DNA of 38,592 bases from a virus (taxonomy: Duplodnaviria > Caudoviricetes), in the IMG/VR virus record IMGVR_UViG_3300044508_000022, positions 1 through 38,592 of that record; one strand, 5' to 3'. Each line of letters starts with the position of its first letter. Positions within the stretch are counted from its first letter, which is position 1. Positions 35,436 to 38,592 of the stretch are shown piece after piece. The notes beneath the pieces are model-generated. The model ran no database searches. It saw nothing but the letters and a program-made list of their open reading frames with translations, and was not told where the DNA came from. The translations under genes were made by a program, and so were the position numbers.

Positions 35436-36266
35436 ATGGCAACAATGCAGGGTATCGGTACTTTTGGATGGTGGGGTGGGTCCGGAGGCTCTCTGCCTGT
35501 TCCTGATGCACCCACCGGAGTTTCCGGTGTGGCACTGTCCTCCACCTCCCTGCGCCTATCCTGTGATTTCATCCCCACGGCCACCGGGATTGATTGGTAT
35601 GAATGCAGCAATGCGGCCGGGGATGATCCGGTTATCCTGGCGGGGATGCCCGTTGCCGATTTCGAGCACGTCGTGACCGGGCTTTCGGCCATGAGCACGC
35701 ATTATTATAAAAGCAAAGCTCGGAATGGGTCTGGCCAGAGCGTGGCGTTTTCGGCTGTGGCCGCGGTCACGACGAAAGCGGCAAAGGAAATTCTCACCTA
35801 TTGCCTTGAAAAGATGGCCTCCGACATCGAGGACATGTCCACCGCCAACGGGTATAATTACAACTGGGGGAGCAGCAATCGTAATGACCAGGCGAAGAAA
35901 GACACGTATCCGAATTCCGAGATTTACCTCTCCAGCGAAACGAACCAGGACAGCAACCAGGGCACGAGCGCGAACTCCTACACGAATTCAACCGTAGTAG
36001 AGATTCATTCTTTTACCGAGCTGGATGCCGTAGCCGATATGGCCGTCTTCGATGCTCAGACCTACATCGACAAGATGATTTCGGATTTGAAGAAGTGCTT
36101 TGCCACGGATTACAATCTCGGGGAGAACTGCTATTCAGTCCGCTACCTGGATTACCGGGTTGAAACCATTGAGAACGGAGACGCCATTGTCCCGGTAAAG
36201 GTGATTTCGAGATGGCAGATACAATATGCGCAGGATGCATTAAACCCGTCCATTCCGGCACAATAA
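35436..36266 (+). CDS. Putative tail terminator fused to an N-terminal FN3 domain
   Basis: 'PDAPTGV...SSTSLRLS...VTGLSAMSTHYYKSKARNGSGQS' is FN3-like; followed by 'ANGYNY...YP' terminator-like domain just before the tail tube. Confidence 0.6.
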   Translation: MATMQGIGTFGWWGGSGGSLPVPDAPTGVSGVALSSTSLRLSCDFIPTATGIDWYECSNAAGDDPVILAGMPVADFEHVVTGLSAMSTHYYKSKARNGSGQSVAFSAVAAVTTKAAKEILTYCLEKMASDIEDMSTANGYNYNWGSSNRNDQAKKDTYPNSEIYLSSETNQDSNQGTSANSYTNSTVVEIHSFTELDAVADMAVFDAQTYIDKMISDLKKCFATDYNLGENCYSVRYLDYRVETIENGDAIVPVKVISRWQIQYAQDALNPSIPAQ

Positions 36267-36281
36267 CAAAAGGAGAATAGA

Positions 36282-37295
36282 ATGAGTGCTCATCAAAACC
36301 CAAAATTCCGCTACATGGTGATTAAGCCGGAAGTCACCCCCGGCACAGCAGTTGCCCCCACGACCACGGAGCGCGTTATCCGCTTCCGGGACATCAAAGC
36401 GTCGAGTGACTTTGACCTCGACGATGAAAACGCCAAATACTCGGATGGCACGCATGCGGAAGAGCAAAGCATTGTCGGCCAGCAGAAGGGCGTGGTCCAG
36501 TGCATGGTGCGCTGCAATGTCGGCTCAACCGATATCACCACTCCCAAATGGTGGGAGATTGCAAAAATGTGCGGCTGCACCCCTACCTCCGCTTATGCCA
36601 CCACCAAAGGAATCGGCCTGGTCCGCCGACTCGCCAAGGATGATCAGACCTACACCATTTACGTCTCTGACGTAACCATCGGGTCCTCGCAGATCCACAC
36701 TTTCAAACAATATGCCGGCTGCGTGGGCAATATGACCCTGGGCGTGGACAAGTCGGGCGGGGTGTGGGCCGCGAAGTTTAATATTTTCGGCAAGCTCATG
36801 GACATCGTGGACGCCTCTGAAATCGCGCTTTCTGCCCCGGATACAGTTCAACCCCAGGCCTACCTCTCGCACGCCTTTACGATAAACAGTCAATCGCAGA
36901 AGGTTCCGACCTGGCAGTTCGACCTCGGGAATGTCATCAAGGCCGTTCCGGACCAGAGCGACGCGACCGGGATCAGTCATTACGTCATCCTGGAATCACA
37001 TCCCCGGCTATCCTGCAATCCCCTGGCTGTGAAGCAAGCCACCACGGATGTGTGGGCCAACATCCTTTCCAAGCCTGCGAGCCACACCATCCAGCTTAAC
37101 ACGGCAGCCGCGAGCAAGCTGTCTCTGAAAATCCTTGATGCGCAGTACATCAAAGCGGATGAAGCAGAGGCTGAAGGGTTGCGGAGCTGGGCATTCAACT
37201 TCAAAGCTCTGGGCAACGGCGCGCCGGGGACTTTGATTGACTCGGCTCTGACCTACGAGGACACTTTCGAGCTTCTGCAGGGGACCAGGTCGTAA
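36282..37295 (+). CDS. Major tail tube protein
   Basis: 'KPEVTPGT' N-terminus, 'YAGCVGNMTL', 'FDLGN'; upstream of chaperone and TMP. Confidence 0.75.
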   Translation: MSAHQNPKFRYMVIKPEVTPGTAVAPTTTERVIRFRDIKASSDFDLDDENAKYSDGTHAEEQSIVGQQKGVVQCMVRCNVGSTDITTPKWWEIAKMCGCTPTSAYATTKGIGLVRRLAKDDQTYTIYVSDVTIGSSQIHTFKQYAGCVGNMTLGVDKSGGVWAAKFNIFGKLMDIVDASEIALSAPDTVQPQAYLSHAFTINSQSQKVPTWQFDLGNVIKAVPDQSDATGISHYVILESHPRLSCNPLAVKQATTDVWANILSKPASHTIQLNTAAASKLSLKILDAQYIKADEAEAEGLRSWAFNFKALGNGAPGTLIDSALTYEDTFELLQGTRS

Positions 37296-37313
37296 AAATA
37301 AAAGGAGGGATGG

Positions 37314-37742
37314 ATGGCGGAATTTAAACTCGATGCAAAGTACCGGAAAGCGCTCCTCGGGCTTATGCCCTTCTCACAAGAAGGCACGCTCGACTATACT
37401 CCGGAAGGGTTCGACGAACTCCCCGAGGAGATCCGGCCGGTGTTCAAACTTCGTGCGCTCAAGCGTGGTGAAATCCAAACGGTGAAGGATATCACTTTCG
37501 ACGACAAAATTAAAATCAAAATCGAAAAACTCATCAAGGCGATTCGTCCGGCCATCCTGGGGTGGGATAAGGTGTACGACCTGGCAACGGGGAACCTTAT
37601 TCCCTTTGAGGCCTCCGAGGATGGTGGACCCACGAAAGAACTCTGGGAGCGTATGCCGGACACGATTACGACGCTTCTGTATCGGGAAATTTCAGTGATG
37701 TCCGGCCTGCAGAAAGCGGAAAAACAGGGTTTAAAATCCTAG
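37314..37742 (+). CDS. Tail assembly chaperone (G-like)
   Basis: 'VFKLRAL', 'ILGWDKV' motifs; position between tube and TMP; slippery site at its end. Confidence 0.75.
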   Translation: MAEFKLDAKYRKALLGLMPFSQEGTLDYTPEGFDELPEEIRPVFKLRALKRGEIQTVKDITFDDKIKIKIEKLIKAIRPAILGWDKVYDLATGNLIPFEASEDGGPTKELWERMPDTITTLLYREISVMSGLQKAEKQGLKS

Positions 37743-38065
37743 CCGGTATCCACGTCGGCGCGATTCCGGCTGAATGTGATGCATGTGCCGACTTCAAGGC
37801 CCTCCATGGACGCTTGCCGACCAAGTGCAAGAATCCTGCTGGGGCATGGGCATGGGACGATGAAGATGATAAATACAATGCGTGCCCGGTGCGATTTATT
37901 CCCAATGCGGTCGCTCAGTGGGACAATCAGCGCCGGTATGAGAACCGCCACGGTGCCCCAATGGTCAAATACCGCGACCGGAATAGCAAGTTCATCGAGG
38001 CCGAAGAGGAATATGACCATTGGTTCGAGTACTGGAAGGACCTTTTAAAGCCAATCGGGAAATAG
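37727..38065 (+). CDS. -1 frameshift extension (GT-like) of the tail chaperone
   Basis: G-GGT-TTA-AAA slippery sequence; the -1 frame is open to TAG 38065, just before the TMP start. Confidence 0.75.
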   Translation, partial: GFKILAGIHVGAIPAECDACADFKALHGRLPTKCKNPAGAWAWDDEDDKYNACPVRFIPNAVAQWDNQRRYENRHGAPMVKYRDRNSKFIEAEEEYDHWFEYWKDLLKPIGK

Positions 38066-38066
38066 C

Positions 38067-38592
38067 ATGGAAGACGTAAGAGTAAAACTTATCCTCGATG
38101 ACGAACTCAATACCCAATTCGTTGAGGCGGGGAAAAAAGCTCAAACCGAGGCTCAAAAGGTCCAGGATTCCATAAACGGAATCGGGCGGTCAAGTAATTC
38201 AGCCGGTGCCAGCATCCAGGCGTTCGAGGGAAATAGCCGTCAATCTCTGAGGCGCACAGCGGGAGATTTCCAGCAGCTCGCCCTCGGCGTTCGTGAGTTT
38301 GGCGATAATGCCATACGTGGCAACCTGGGCGGGGCTATGGTCAGTTTTACCCGTCTGGCCGTGGATGGGTTCAAGACGGTCGGCGTGGAAGCGGCCTTGG
38401 CGACCGGCGGGATCTCCCTGGCTGTGGGTGCAATCATACTTCTGATTCAAAAGGCCATTGAATCGAATAAAGAACTTGAGGAGGCACAGAGGCGCGCCAA
38501 CGATGCCATGGTCAAACTCGACCAGATAATGGCTGAGCAGATCCAAGACCAGACCGAGCAGGCTATTGAAAAACGGATACAGACCGGGGAGA
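38067..38592 (+). CDS. Tape measure protein, N-terminal part
   Basis: MEDVRVKLILDD...; open to the window end and in frame with 1..1095. Confidence 0.85.
   Translation, partial: MEDVRVKLILDDELNTQFVEAGKKAQTEAQKVQDSINGIGRSSNSAGASIQAFEGNSRQSLRRTAGDFQQLALGVREFGDNAIRGNLGGAMVSFTRLAVDGFKTVGVEAALATGGISLAVGAIILLIQKAIESNKELEEAQRRANDAMVKLDQIMAEQIQDQTEQAIEKRIQTGE
38466..38592. repeat. Copy of bases 1-127
   Basis: Exact match. Confidence 0.95.

Noticed and set aside
38466-38592. Biological direct terminal repeat
   Set aside because: Exactly 127 bp and in the middle of a gene, typical of an assembler k-mer overlap.
1-38592. CRISPR array, diversity-generating retroelement, intron/intein, or stop-codon recoding
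   Set aside because: No spaced repeat array, no reverse transcriptase or TR/VR pair seen, core genes are uninterrupted, and the standard code gives dense full-length ORFs.

Overview
This window is an apparently complete, circularly assembled temperate siphovirus-type phage genome. The unique length is about 38,465 bp, because bases 1-127 are repeated at 38466-38592 and the tape-measure gene reads through that junction. Module order: tail tip and fibre (1-6.7 kb); lysis (6.9-8.6 kb); reverse-strand membrane/lipoprotein genes and repressor (8.8-10.6 kb); cro-xis-integrase followed by an attP carrying the 3' half of tRNA-Gly(CCC) (10.6-12.9 kb); replication, recombination and accessory early genes (13-22.3 kb); a ParB-like plus GREB1/TET-associated-type glycosyltransferase pair at the head of the packaging operon (22.4-24 kb); terminase, portal, MuF, scaffold, capsid, a neck region with an inserted beta-helix cassette, tail tube, and a chaperone with a -1 frameshift site (24-38.5 kb). 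Most notable: (i) an orphan ParB-glycosyltransferase module with no recognisable partner base-hydroxylating enzyme; (ii) attP lies inside the lytic early operon, so integration would separate the replication genes from their promoter; (iii) eight non-structural proteins end in Ala-Ala; (iv) several branched intergenic RNAs, one with C4-like architecture; (v) a shared late-promoter motif next to an unannotated AT-hook micro-protein. All product calls come from motif recognition and synteny by eye; no database search was run.
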